In this document: positions 63,704-64,000 of the stretch, one piece after another
Position numbering within the stretch: position 1 is the first letter of the stretch
Layout: each line of letters opens with the position of its first letter
Translations under genes and position numbers: made by a program
The notes under the pieces: model-generated
Database searches by the model: none
What the model was told of the DNA's origin: nothing
The model's input: the letters and a program-made list of their open reading frames with translations, nothing else
Origin: an uncultured Candidatus Saccharibacteria bacterium
GTDB taxonomy: Bacteria > Patescibacteriota > Minisyncoccia > Minisyncoccales > CAZBVF01
Length of the DNA stretch: 64,000 bases
NCBI GenBank assembly: GCA_964553275.1
Contig: CAZKKG010000001.1
Location: 36,993-100,992, forward strand
Reading direction: 5' to 3'

Positions 63704-64000
63704 TTAATCTTTTACCCTGCAACAGAAGAAGTTGTATTCATAACATTCTTCAATTACCTTGCATTCCTTATGGTTTTTTACAAGATGTTCAAATTCTTCT
63801 TTGCATTCGTCGATATCGAAACATTCACAATCTCCGAATAGTCCTTCCTGGTATTCATCTGCCAAAGATGAGAGGTTTGAAAAAAGATTATCTATATCTA
63901 CGCTGCCGCCGCTTGCACCCAGTATTTCACCATCAGGACCTATCGCTCCCATGCTTCTCTCGCAATTCAAGAAAAGCCATCCCGGAGCAATCTCTTCGGG
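63704..64000 (-). CDS. Cys-rich protein C-terminus (5'-truncated by window edge)
   Basis: Minus-strand reading frame stays open to the window end. C-terminal CECFDIDECKEE...KECKVIEECYEYNFFCC. The ORF-track Met at 63970 is probably internal. Confidence 0.4.
   Translation of the reverse strand, partial: PEEIAPGWLFLNCERSMGAIGPDGEILGASGGSVDIDNLFSNLSSLADEYQEGLFGDCECFDIDECKEEFEHLVKNHKECKVIEECYEYNFFCCRVKD

Noticed and set aside
1-64000. CRISPR array, DGR/retron, prophage or IS element
   Set aside because: No run of regularly spaced direct repeats with unique spacers. No reverse transcriptase, integrase, transposase or phage structural ORF. The direct repeats present are intragenic duplications (protease, pilin-like genes) or the two-copy post-stop motif.

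Overview
AT-rich, gene-dense window typical of a reduced Patescibacteria/CPR-like genome (inference from gene content and codon style). It spans the replication-origin neighbourhood: dnaA and dnaN on the minus strand, divergent from rpmH-rnpA-yidD-yidC-jag on the plus strand. Housekeeping genes dominate: glyQS, ileS, tyrS, infC-rpmI-rplT, rpsT, smpB followed immediately by a tmRNA (ssrA), one tRNA-Arg(CCG), recO, ruvA/ruvB/ruvC, uvrB, fpg, holA, PolX, a 5'-3' exonuclease, tsaE, a class A PBP, a Mur ligase, rtcA/rtcB, an Elp3-like radical-SAM/GNAT enzyme, a presenilin/SPP-like intramembrane protease, a five-gene sensor/His-kinase/REC operon and a GspE/PilB-type ATPase. Accessory content includes a 2122-aa secreted S8 protease with PG-binding, FG-GAP and six Kre9/KNH-like repeats (some near-identical at nucleotide level), two tandem secreted paralogs, and a cluster of Cys-rich proteins with T4SS-pilin-like N-terminal helix pairs, one internally duplicated, at the right edge. 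No rRNA, CRISPR array, transposase, integrase or reverse transcriptase was seen. The most unusual observations are an IleRS carrying an internal histidine-phosphatase (PGAM-like) domain, the Cys-rich T4SS-pilin-like gene cluster next to the origin, a conserved post-stop motif reused after two unrelated genes, and several long structured intergenic elements (24631-24741, 49041-49187, 52299-52392).
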